Shown here piece by piece: positions 39,255 through 50,368 of a DNA stretch of 64,000 bases. Within the stretch, counting starts at the first letter, position 1, and each line of letters begins with the position of its first letter. Both the position numbers and the translations under genes were made by a program. The notes beneath the pieces are model-generated. The model was not told the DNA's origin and did no database searches. It saw only the letters and a program-made list of their open reading frames with translations. Origin of the DNA: Laetmonice hystrix (taxonomy: Eukaryota); assembly GCA_965235115.1 (NCBI GenBank), contig OZ249444.1, positions 18,228,001-18,292,000 of the forward strand. Direction: 5' to 3'.

Positions 39255-41606
39255 GTTAGCCCTGCTTGCTGTCAAGTGGGTTGTCATGGATACCGGTCAG
39301 GATACTAGACGGGAGGGGGTTGTCAAGATGATATAGACAATATCCCGGTCCAGAGGAACAACTCTGGGATGATTGTATCTCAGTATGTGTGATTGTGTGC
39401 GGACGTATGGGTCTGACAGCAAGAGTTACACACAAAGGGAATTACGACTTTAACAGGTAACATTGGCGACAGGGACGACTACGGTACAGCGATATCTTTA
39501 CTTTGCCAGATTTAATATTTTTGTATATTATGGCTGATATAATTATGACTGACATTATATATAGTCTCCCCTCTGAGAATTTAATGAAGTACTCTATTCG
39601 ACTGCACTGAGATAGGATCTAAAATATCAAAGTGTCATACTGTAATCCTCACAAATTATTGCTTTCATGTTTCAGTAAAATTCGATACATCTGAATTTTC
39701 CTCGATCATACAATGTATTCATAAACAGAAAAGATTTGTACTTCGGTACGTTTGTTATACTTGACATAACAAAGTGCATCACTGCATATAATCTTCCAGT
39801 ATTTATGAGAAAAAAAACGATAGAAAAAATAGCGTGAAACGAAGCAAGAAGGAATGCATTTTCAGGTTAAGTGAGCCGACGATTCGTTCTATTATTCTTT
39901 GATTCCCTTAAAAAAGCCAACCTGACTGTAAAGCTGTCCATGCGAGGTTGATAATACATGGACATTCTCACCTGACTTTTGATACCATATATCACACTGA
40001 CACTATTAGTGTCAGATTACATGGCTGGCCTGTGATAGGTTGATCCCTGCCACAATAAAGTACCCCCTTGGTGTGGGGTTAAGATAGCTCATCCTTCCTA
40101 CCCCAGGGTGCCATCAAGCTCGGATGTAGCCGTAAACATGAGCTCCCGTCTCAATAGCAGCGCAGTGTCCGTAAAATCCATCCACGTAACTTGAAAACTC
40201 TCGCCCCTAAACCCTTAACACCTGCGGATCTATTTATTGGTTCTTCAAATCCTTTTAGAGACTAAAGACGCGGCAAACACACCTGCTGCAATTTTAAACT
40301 TTCAGGCTCTACATGTTTTTGGTCTTTTTCACAATCGATCTTCCCTTTACAAATAGATATTCCACTTTCAGAGCAAACATTGCAAGAAATATAATATTCT
40401 TTCACAAACATGTAGCTCAAATAAACTTAGGTTAGTCCATAAAAGTATAACACATCTTCGACATATGGGCCATATCATCTCAGTTAAAGGTATTCTATTA
40501 AGTTTACAAGGCTGTGCAATGTATATAGTTTAGCTGGAAAATGTGGCACTTCTCCGGAATCTCTACTGTAAATAGAAATGTACTACAGACTGTTCCACGA
40601 ATTCTGCATCTACTGAACACTGTATCCATGTCACGCAGTTTCTAACGGACGTTTTGCTTCAAAGAAGTTACATTATCCCCATTTCGCAAATCACATAATT
40701 CAGCAACATTTTATTTGTGTAAAGCAACTTCATCGACCGAACAAACACTTCTTAAATAATATCCTTCGACATTGCAGAAGGAAAAGGTAATGCTGCCATG
40801 TGGAAAAAAGTTTACATTCAAGAGTCCTACAATACGACGGTTGCAATCTTTACTCTGTTGCTGTAATGGGTAGAAAGCCAACAGCTATGGAAATGAAATC
40901 CCGATTGTTTAAAGAAATGATAATTGAAAAATCCAAGCCAATTAATTTTTTCTACACCACAAATGTATGTCACGTTACAGTTAGAGAAGGCATCATCACA
41001 GAGACACAGGCGTCAGTGGGATGATGCCCCAATGACAGTCAGAAAGTGGGGCAACTTACAACGCATGCTTTCAGCACAATGATGGGCGACATTCAGTATC
41101 GATATAACACTATGAAGACGTAGTATTTAATCAGATAAATTCCGTACAAACATCTCAAATGTGAACAATATTTACTTTCTTCCTATACTTGCTCCCCGCT
41201 GCTAAACTTGCTGCCCGCCTTTCCCACTGAACCCTATTGTTTTACACCTGTATTCTGATTTCTGGATATTACCTCCGTGTTGACGATTCCTTTCTGTCGG
41301 AACTAATTTTAAATGACACATTCTGGCGCAGATCCTTTAGCAACAAACATGGAAAAGACGAAGAAAGATCAATAACTTCCAAGGCCCCCTCACATTTAAC
41401 ACTGCAGTCTTGTCTTGATGGCAGCGAGCGCATGTTGCATTATGATGTCGGTATCATGTGAAAGTAGGATGTCAGCGTCAGGTTGAAACGGACGTCGCTT
41501 GAGCTGACCCGATACAGCGGGCTCGGCCCTCTGCTCGTAGTCCTCGCCTCATCACACACGTGTGGCAACATTAATCGCTGCCTTCAGCTACTTTCAAAGG
41601 ACTCAC

Positions 41607-41617
41607 TCGAGTGAAAA
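41607..41617 (-). other. Candidate 11-nt microexon
   Basis: tccctccatattcctttcggattctccctgatag|TTTTCACTCGA|gtgagt: a long pyrimidine tract and a consensus donor. It is not frame-preserving. Confidence 0.3.
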
Positions 41618-41757
41618 CTATCAGGGAGAATCCGAAAGGAATATGGAGGGACTAGGTCAAGGGCACCACTTCAAACACGGACTGGTGTTTAGAGTTAAGG
41701 GTGAGGTGCATTGTTCAAGTTGTTGCGCTCTGTGGTGGAGCATCTGGAGGTCTGTGC

Positions 41758-41811
41758 GTGACCACATGCGGACAGTGTCACAATGTGACCACATGCGGAC
41801 AGTGTCACAAT
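41758..41811. repeat. Perfect 27-bp tandem duplication
   Basis: gtgaccacatgcggacagtgtcacaat x2. Confidence 0.95.
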
Positions 41812-41975
41812 CTATCACGGTGCTCCGACCAAAGTGTACGTATTGAGAACTCCATTGGATAAACACTATTTTGAAGAAAATACCTTGATTTTAGGGATAT
41901 TGTCCGGAGCTTGAATGAATAAAATGCAGTATATGGCCTGGATGGTTGAAGTGATCTTTACAGTCTAGATGGCAC

Positions 41976-42183
41976 CTGGGTCCAGTTGTAAAAACTTAAG
42001 ATCTTGCTTTAGCTTAAGCTTAACACTTCCGACTGGCTGGTCTAAGCAGACCCAGGCCCAGGATCTGGGCCCGGTTTAAGAAAGATTAAGATCTTAAGTT
42101 AATCTCTGCTTAGGCCCTCTCATTAGCTGGTTGAAGGTGAGCAGACCAGCCAATCAAAGGTCCTATGCCGAGCTTAGCTTAAG
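41976..42183. mobile_element. Fold-back palindrome-rich element, possible MITE remnant
   Basis: Nested inverted repeats (ggctggtc/gaccagcc, ctaagcaga/tctgcttag, ggcccag/ctgggcc) plus palindromes agcttaagct and ttaagatcttaa. Confidence 0.4.
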
Positions 42184-42230
42184 ATGCTACCCTTTCTGAA
42201 ACCGAGCCCTCAGCAGCATTTTGTGCAGCA

Positions 42231-42580
42231 CGTGTGTCCAAACAGCAATCTGTACATTGCATCAAAATTTGAACTGCATTCTGTATGGCGCTTAGATCTG
42301 AGCTACATTCTGCTTCTGGATCTGAACAGCATTGCGCAATGCCTGGGTGTGAACAGCACTGAGCAGTATACTTGAATCTGAGCAACATTTTCTATAGCGC
42401 TGGATCCGAACGCCGTGAAGATGGCCTTAGATACAGACATGAGGTAAAACCACCATTACTCACTGACCATTCTGTACCTTGCCTGGATCTGAACAGCACT
42501 GTTCACTTCTTGGATCCAAACAGCTGTACCCTACCTAGAACCGAACAGAAGTCTGGCAGTGCCTGGATACGAACAGCAGT
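42231..42580. repeat. Old diverged array of about 25-30 bp units with conserved core ctggatctgaacagca
   Basis: The core or close variants start at about 42291, 42316, 42342, 42371, 42400, 42426, 42482, 42509, 42534 and 42562, with variable linkers. Confidence 0.75.
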
Positions 42581-44984
42581 CCACTTTTTTCAATACCAAA
42601 TGCCAACACGAAGAAACTTCATGATCAGCTGAGGCCGAAATTCTGCCTCGGGGATGATGCCTTATTCGTTTCTGTTTGAACTGGATGAGGTGGAATCAAG
42701 CAAAGCGGAGCAATTGATGCCCTGATGTAGAAAACGATAGATTTCTTCCCCCCTCATCACGCCTTCACACCCTCGGCTCGATTCATCCAAACAGACTTGC
42801 ACTTTACCCTCAATCATCTTTGAAAAGATTTCCTCCCTCCTGCATGGTTTGAATGCATATAGATTTTCTCATCATCTTTAATCCATCCAGTAATCCATGA
42901 CTCCCAAGCATGTGTTTATGCCGACAAAGGGTCACCTAATCCGTGGTGTTACGTTATTGGTGACAGGCAGGCCGGTCGCCGACCGTAAAGGACCCGGGCC
43001 GGCGGTTACCCCGCCCGCCTGGCCGCCCGCTCGCCAGCCTCAGGCGTGGTCTGTTCTCCAGCCCCACGTTCCCATGCCACTGTGTACAGGCCCCTAGCCC
43101 ACTCTTACGGACGTCTGTATATTACATCCAATAGTAGACATAATTACACAGAGAACCCCTGATACTCGCCTTTCATATCGCAATTCTCAATATGATACAC
43201 AACATTGTACAGCTCTCTCTCTCAGTTTTACGGACCTCAGATCTGTACGTTACGCAATTCAGAAACATAGTAATTAACCGTGTGCTTGTTCACTTCCAGC
43301 GCTCGTGCATTCAGCGAAATTCTTGAGGAGGCCTACGCATGCACTTCAAAAGAATTCATTTTGTTAGATACAACGGCCATGGAAGACAGACTTCCGTAAT
43401 TACAGACACATAATGGTTAAAACTAGCATCATTTCCAGGACTACGACAAAAGAAAAACAGAATAAAAGTTGAAATTTTCTCTTTTACTTCCATTAGTCCA
43501 AGGCTCCACTGCACGCAAACACTGTATTTTTCCAGGCTTGTATAAATTCAGAGAATAATCAGCATTTTTATGGAACTCACGTTTTGAAATACAATGTAGT
43601 TCTAAACAGATATTTAGGTACGCAAGGTTCTTTTTGGCAAATCTCACTTCAACATATCAGTGCACATAGTAGCGACATTATAACGAATGGTTCATTTAAC
43701 GCAATCTTTATTATTTTGTATAAAATATATCGTTGTTAGTGAGTTTCCCGTTATTCGTTTCCGATAACAGTGTTTACCCCAGTAACTGACTTTCTAGTAG
43801 AGTTTTAAATTTCCGACCAGAAATTCCTTACTTTGCTGGGGGAAGGGGAGGCGCAGTACTTGATTTGACGAACTTTATGGAGGAGATTGACCAAACATTG
43901 ATTCATTCGGTAAAAGGAAAACGAAAATTGCATTGCTTTCAATGGCTAAAGAATCGAGTTCGCAAAATCTTGCTAAAATATTAGTTTTGTTCTCCTCTGT
44001 CAAGGCCACCTTTAAAATGTGATTACTAATGTATGATGTATGCACCGTACAATATTTAATGCCCTGGAATATAATAGTAAAACTATAAAAGGATGGAAAT
44101 GATGGATCGTTGTTATCATTAAATGGAAATAATGGATTATTAGATATGCACTTAGCTGAAAAGGTTAAAAAAATGCTTGTGCTCAGGGTACATCAATTGT
44201 TCGCAGACAAGTATAATTACTGTGATTTTAAAACAAGTCGCCAGCACTGCTTAAGTATTTGTTGTCTATCCTGACACTGGGGGAATAAAGCACCACTGTT
44301 AAAACACACTCAGTGGTTTCATTGGTGATCAGTACCCTTATCCTTTTCGTTTCAATCATTTTAAGTTGACGTAGCATTCCTCATTTTAAATCTCAGTGAA
44401 TACCCATATCAATCTTACTGTCTCACAATATTGAAACACCCCTTCAATGTGATAACCTTTTCTCGATCAGATCTAACTGTGAGACTCAAACAACAAGAAG
44501 AGCTATGGCCTCTTCCCCCGGACACTTTTAGTACTGGTTACTGGTTAGATGGGAACATGTATACTAAATTATGTTCATCGCCATTATGTATAATATTGTC
44601 ATTTGCCCCGCACTCGCTGCACCGATACTCTTTGTTGACTTGCACATCTGCCTGTATGTGTATATATTTGTAACTGTATGTACCTACTTGGAAGATCAGG
44701 GTGTATCCCTGAAAGTGGTAATTAAAAAATAAAAAAAACAACAAAAAAAACAAGGAAGGTTGCAGTTAATGCGATCAGGGTTCGATAACTTCAAGGTGTA
44801 TCATCAGATTATTTAGCAAACTATATATGAAATATTCATCGATCAATGCAACGTTTTCAAAAATAATCTACCAAGTATCGTAATGGTTGTACTGTCATAG
44901 GGCAAAGCCATGAATCCCATTTATCCACAAGACCCGGGCACTAACCTTTGGGTGTTTTTTGACTTAGGACCAAGAGACGGAAAA

Positions 44985-45030
44985 CTTACCTGAAATAGAC
45001 AAAACAACAAGATGTTAGTAAGAATAAAAT
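44985..45030 (-). other. Candidate recursive splice site (zero-length exon / ratchet point)
   Basis: Minus strand reads attctTACTAACatcttgttgttttgtctatttcAG|GTAAGTtttcc: consensus branch point (45014-45020), U-rich tract, and CAG directly joined to a consensus donor. Confidence 0.55.
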
Positions 45031-45490
45031 ACACCAACACAGAACAACCTGATCATCCTGGATGTTCAAAAACTGGACATATCATTTCGAGATTTACATT
45101 ACATGGACAGCAACTTGAGCAATAAATAAACCAAAATCTTAAAAACAATTATTTCAAAAGGACTCGTTAAGGCCCATTTGAAGTATTGCATCACAGCATT
45201 GTCATAAGAATATACAGAATAGAGGGAAGCCAGATACGGTGCCATCTAAGCGCAGGTTTCTGGAGCTTTGATCTGGGAGATCAACTTTGAAAAAACAACA
45301 ATTTAAAAAAGGAAATCTTTAAGACGGGTTCAGCGAGTACGCTCAGCTTGGTACCAGACCTCCACTTTCTCCTTACCCCGAGCACAGCGTGTGTACAAAC
45401 AGATGGGTACCATGACGTTTTTTTTAGTAAATTGGATAATTCCTGACTTGTTAAGCTCCCGTCTACCATTGGCTTTGCTGTGCGACTCAC

Positions 45491-45526
45491 CAGATCAGAA
45501 ACATTCATTTTCTCGGACTGCTCCAG
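45491..45526 (-). other. Candidate 36-nt exon
   Basis: cagtttcctacaag|CTGGAGCAGTCCGAGAAAATGAATGTTTCTGATCTG|gtgagt. Only phase 0 is open (LEQSEKMNVSDL). Confidence 0.25.
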
Positions 45527-48291
45527 CTTGTAGGAAACTGCGCATTCTTCGACATAATAGCCCAAGTTGTGTCTGCCTTACCCGCCCGATTCGCCCCTTG
45601 GTCACCTCAATAGAGCAAGATCCCATCTTGTTACTAGCAAGAATTCCGGGCATTCCCATTTTTTGTTGTGGAAACAGTGATCTAAAGCCTTATAGATTGC
45701 TCTGGTTCATCTGCCCTGGTACTGAGTCCACGGTGATCTGTGCGATATCTACATCACAAGACGACAGACTACTGCTGATGGAGGGTGGCTAAAAATGTCT
45801 AGCAAAAAGAGGAGGGAATGGAAATATTGGGGAAGGAAGGGTTCGTAGGGATTTTATGATCTTCTCTTATCACACAGACAGCTGGATTTGTATCTCATCA
45901 GTGTATACATATACCGAGAGGTGCCACCTGTTTTGTCAGTCGGTGAAAAACTGTCTTCCTGGTATATCTTGGAAACTTCGGGTATTATGTCCAACCAGGG
46001 TGGGGATGAGCGCAGGGAGAAAGATGTCAGAACAACTTGCTTCACAAAATCCTGACAGCTAGTCTGTGTCCTAAGGGTCCATGTGAGTGTAATATTACAC
46101 TAAAATAACTGAAGCAATTTTCCTAATATTGTTGTTGAATTGTTACTTGGCCATGAGCCGACTCATTAGAATGGTCCTTGCCACTGTTGTAATCACTGTT
46201 TTCTATCTCCTACCTGAATGTTGTTTCCATCCTGAACCTGAATGACAGTATAATTGATTACAATTCCCTACTTACGAACGTTAATCAATATCTTGCACAC
46301 AGATTTAACCACAGCTTGAAGATCACATTGTCAATGCTGCAGAATTATGACACTTATCTTCAAATTACAATCGGCCAAGTATCTTTCGTGCTAACAGAAC
46401 AAGGGACCTCCCACTTTCAGATGTCTCAAGTCATTTCTTTCTTTTCAGTTTAAGCGGCTAGATAATAAAAAGAAGCGTTGTTCACCTGAAGTTATTAAGT
46501 CATATAAACATTGAAACATCGATGTGGAGACTAATAACGCAGACTTTGAACTACATTTGTTAATTGACCTTATGACCTATTTTACAGGTGCTCTTTTTGC
46601 CAACGACTTTTTATTTGAAACAAAAGGTTACCGTGTGCGAATTAATCAGGGCAATGGTCAGCACTATCATCCACTTGTCCACTGCAATATCTACTTGTGC
46701 AGGAGAATGTGCACCAGTCCGATCAAGCTATGCTTGCCCACACGCCGGGCAGTGGGGGGACTGTGGAGGGTTGATCAGGAGGGTCAGACTGTCAGATACA
46801 GGGTGGAGTATGCTTGATTACACCCTGTACGAGTATGGAGCATTCGGTACGCGTTGGGTTGGAAGGACATGGGGCCAGCGGGTCCGACCCATGCTTCCCC
46901 TCCTCCTCCTGTAGCCGGCCTCCTCCAGGTGTTGTGTGATAACACTCCAGGCAGCACCCAGCCGGCTCTCATGCCAAGTGTAGGGGGGAGACTGGGGTTT
47001 GGGGGTTAGAGGGTACGGCTGGGTGCTGGAGGGGAGATATAACCCCATCACCCCTAATGGTAAGTACGTGTTACCCAAACTGACATCAAAGTGATGTCCA
47101 CCAGTGCCGAGTAACTCCCACGGACTAGTGATCAAAACATTCACATGATCTGAAAATTTGACGGGTCATCCGTTAACAAGGATTAATGTTAAAAGATTTT
47201 CTTCACCAACAGACTGGTCCCAAAATCAAGAGATTTATGGTAATCTCTTGGTAATAACTGAGGTAAAGAGCAGACTGAAAATGCTACTCGTTTCTTGAGC
47301 TAATTTGGGTAACAATGTCTGGAATTGACGATATCCAAGAATTAACAGTCCGTTCTCGAAAAGAAAACATTGGGAGTAATGCAATTCCTGGAACATAGGC
47401 GGTGGTAATGATGAACAATGGAGCTTAGAGCGACCTCTGGTGCTACTTCGTCATATCGCGCCGAGAGAGGAACTGTAACTGAAAGGTGCACTTGACACTC
47501 TCTCCCCCCACTGTCATAAAAAGGTATAATATGTAATATAACGTCTTCCTTGGCTAATAGATAGATTGTTCGGGTTTTTTAAATTTCCAATATTACTCAG
47601 CTAGCTAATTTTTCACAGTGGCCTCCAGCCCGCGTGAACATTATAATGAAATCAAATACTTGAAAGTAATTTCAGCTATATTTCCCAGGTAGAGCACAAC
47701 TTCCCTCAATCTCATGGTGGGAGATGGAACAACTGCAGGAGGATCCTCACCATAAGTACGATTTATATTTAAAACTAGTAAAACGTATTATATATTTTAT
47801 GTTGAGCTCCATGTCAGTCCTCTGCTAATATTATTGTAACCAATACTGATACAATGCGTTGGCTCCACATCTGCTTCTGAGAAAAAAAGTCACTTGGTAA
47901 ACGATCAGCACGTTGACCTTAATTTATACGGCCACCTGTAACCTATCCTCAATCAGTACAACCTGTTTCTGATGACAAACGACGCACCAGACATACATCC
48001 AGCCAGTCTGGCTGGTGCGGTCATTGTCATAATACCAGGTCAATTTCTCTAAGTCGGCCAGTAAATGTTCAAAATACCAAGGCCTAGACTGGGAGTATCG
48101 CCTATACATACGGCCCACAGGAGCGTGGCGCTGAGCTGTGTGGTGCTGGTACATCTAGTGTACTACACCAGCCTCCCTTACAGATCCCCCGTTCCGCCTC
48201 ATCTTCTGCTATCACATCCCTGACCAGTCCCTTGCCAACTCTTATCGACGACCACTTATCAATACCCTACCCCCACCTGTTACCACCATAC

Positions 48292-48305
48292 ATTGCCATG
48301 GCAAC
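48292..48305. promoter_or_regulatory. RFX X-box-like motif
   Basis: attgccatggcaac is a 13/14 match to the palindromic GTTGCCATGGCAAC. Confidence 0.4.
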
Positions 48306-49011
48306 AAGACTAGCACTACCTGTGTACATTGGTACGGTATAACCTATAGACATATGGTATTGTTGTCGTGTACACAAGTACACATCCCAAAGATCGTCCC
48401 TTTTCCGTTCTTCCTGTATTCCGACACAAATAGAAGACTGATACATTAATCATATTGTAGTCATTCTACACTACTCTAACTCGCCTCCCTTCCTTTTATA
48501 ATGATACTGAACGCCACATGGCACTAACACTATTAACAAGTCCTACAGTTTCGCAGTGTAGTACCGTGAGTGTTTTGATGTTACACTCCCAAAACAGCTC
48601 CGGACTATGATTTACACCTTCACCACTAGAACAGATACATCCCGGCATTTCTTTATTATCCACACTCCCCAGTCTGCCTCTTCCTTCTAACTCTTGTACC
48701 ACTACAGTAAAACACATCTACTTGGTAACCGCACTTCTCCCCTTTCCTAATCTTCTTGACTGGCGGATGAAGCCCTCTAAAAACAGCCAGAATAAAAACT
48801 GAACCTAAGGAAACGCCTGGTTACCTCACTCCCTTGACAATTCTAGGAGTTAGTTCTAACATTTGTCAAACGTTAAGCAGCAATTGCTCTGTGAAGACAA
48901 CTCTAATGATATTACTTGAGCCGGTACCAAAACGTTAAGTTATATTATTAAAATGTGCTGGACTGAGAAGAGAGGAAGGTCTGAAGGTAGCATCAACAGT
49001 GTTATATTTCT

Positions 49012-49033
49012 CACACACACACACACACACACA
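49012..49033. repeat. (CA)11 microsatellite
   Basis: Pure cacaca run. Confidence 0.95.
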
Positions 49034-49460
49034 GATATATATTCGTCGCCCCTATCTGGTCCTTTTAACCCTTTCCCCCCAATGCTGACTGACAATGTAG
49101 GAATGTAAGACGACCCAATGCTCCTCCCCGTGCTGACATATCAGTGCGATATTTCACAGTCCATCAGGTTCCTCCTGGACCCTGGAGGTGGGGGCAATGG
49201 TGTGTCTGACACAGTCTGACGGCCAGTACTGGGGGCTCCCTCTCCCTGCCTAGGTTATTGTAGGGACGGTTGAGACACACCTTCCCCCAACAAACGGTCA
49301 ATCCATGGGCAGAGACTGGACGGTCAGCGCGTCCACCTAATGCACATCTTCTTAGACACAGACATTTCAGTCGGCCACTGACTGCCTCTTTTAGAAACAG
49401 GATGGCTTGGCTCTGTGATGCAGACACTCCTTGGCTGTCATTGTCTATTTGATTCCGGCC

Positions 49461-49502
49461 AAGGAGAAGGACAAGGGCAAGGACACGGACAGGGACAAGG
49501 GC
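49461..49502. repeat. Imperfect hexamer repeat (AAGGAC-like), about 7 copies
   Basis: aaggagaaggacaagggcaaggacacggacagggacaagggc. Confidence 0.8.
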
Positions 49503-50330
49503 TGTGTTGGGTGTCCTTGACTTGGGACATGGTAGGTCAGCACTGAACCTGCAGGGTCAGGAAACAGCCATCAACACTGGAGGATCGAGTGAGGTCCTCA
49601 CTTGTTCAGGAGCCCTGTCGACGGCTGCTGATGGATGCCTTAATGGATCCAGATACCGCACCTGAGTTCGGGCTTAAATGATGTTCAGATAATAAGATAA
49701 ACTCATATAATCTGAATATTTCCACATGTGGAAATGGGTTCTTACAATGAGCAGTGAATGGCTGCACGGGCTTCATTTCAAGGCTATTCTACTTTTGACC
49801 ACACTGTCATCTCTCAGGTGCTCTTATTATGATTTTATATAATAAATTTGATAGCGATTGGGAAGTTAAACGTTAAAGAACTAAAACTTGTAATATCTAG
49901 GAAAATGTCAGAAATCTCTCTATAGTTACAAAATCTTTAGCTTGGGCCTCTTCACATGACTAATCTACAATAACGCGCAGCAAGATCAGAGGAGGTTGTA
50001 AGATTGATGACAACGAACTCCTTTTTGAACCAATCCGGGCCATAAAACCTTGACTTTTTGCACGTGGCCATGAAATATGTTGTGGAGTAATGCGAATTAC
50101 CACCAGCGTCAGGCGGTGTCGGTCCGTCCAAGAGGCACCGACAAACTGTACGAGCCATGAACCTGGCCGCCAACACTCCCCATACCACCCCTAGAACCTC
50201 CAACATGATCGCCTGGAGTCAAAGGTTCGTACAGTTGGGCTCACTTCAACCCAAACTCCACGCCAACACTCCAGACATAACCCAGACCCCGCCGTGAACC
50301 ACAAGGAGAACCCGTATCACCACCAGCCCA

Positions 50331-50368
50331 CTGATTGGTTGGTCAGTTGTTGCCGGTCACGTGACCGG
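50331..50368. promoter_or_regulatory. Reverse CCAAT box next to a palindromic E-box (GTCACGTGAC)
   Basis: ctgattggtt at 50331-50340, then the 16-bp perfect palindrome ccggtcacgtgaccgg at 50353-50368, within a GC-rich island. Confidence 0.5.

Noticed and set aside
42231-42580. CRISPR-like repeat-spacer reading
   Set aside because: The repeats are degenerate, the linkers are only about 10-14 nt, no cas genes are present, and the DNA is eukaryotic.
50101-50190. Minus-strand WRPGSWLVQFVG resembling a GT34 glycosyltransferase motif
   Set aside because: It is a single short match with a poor acceptor and no supporting neighbouring exons.
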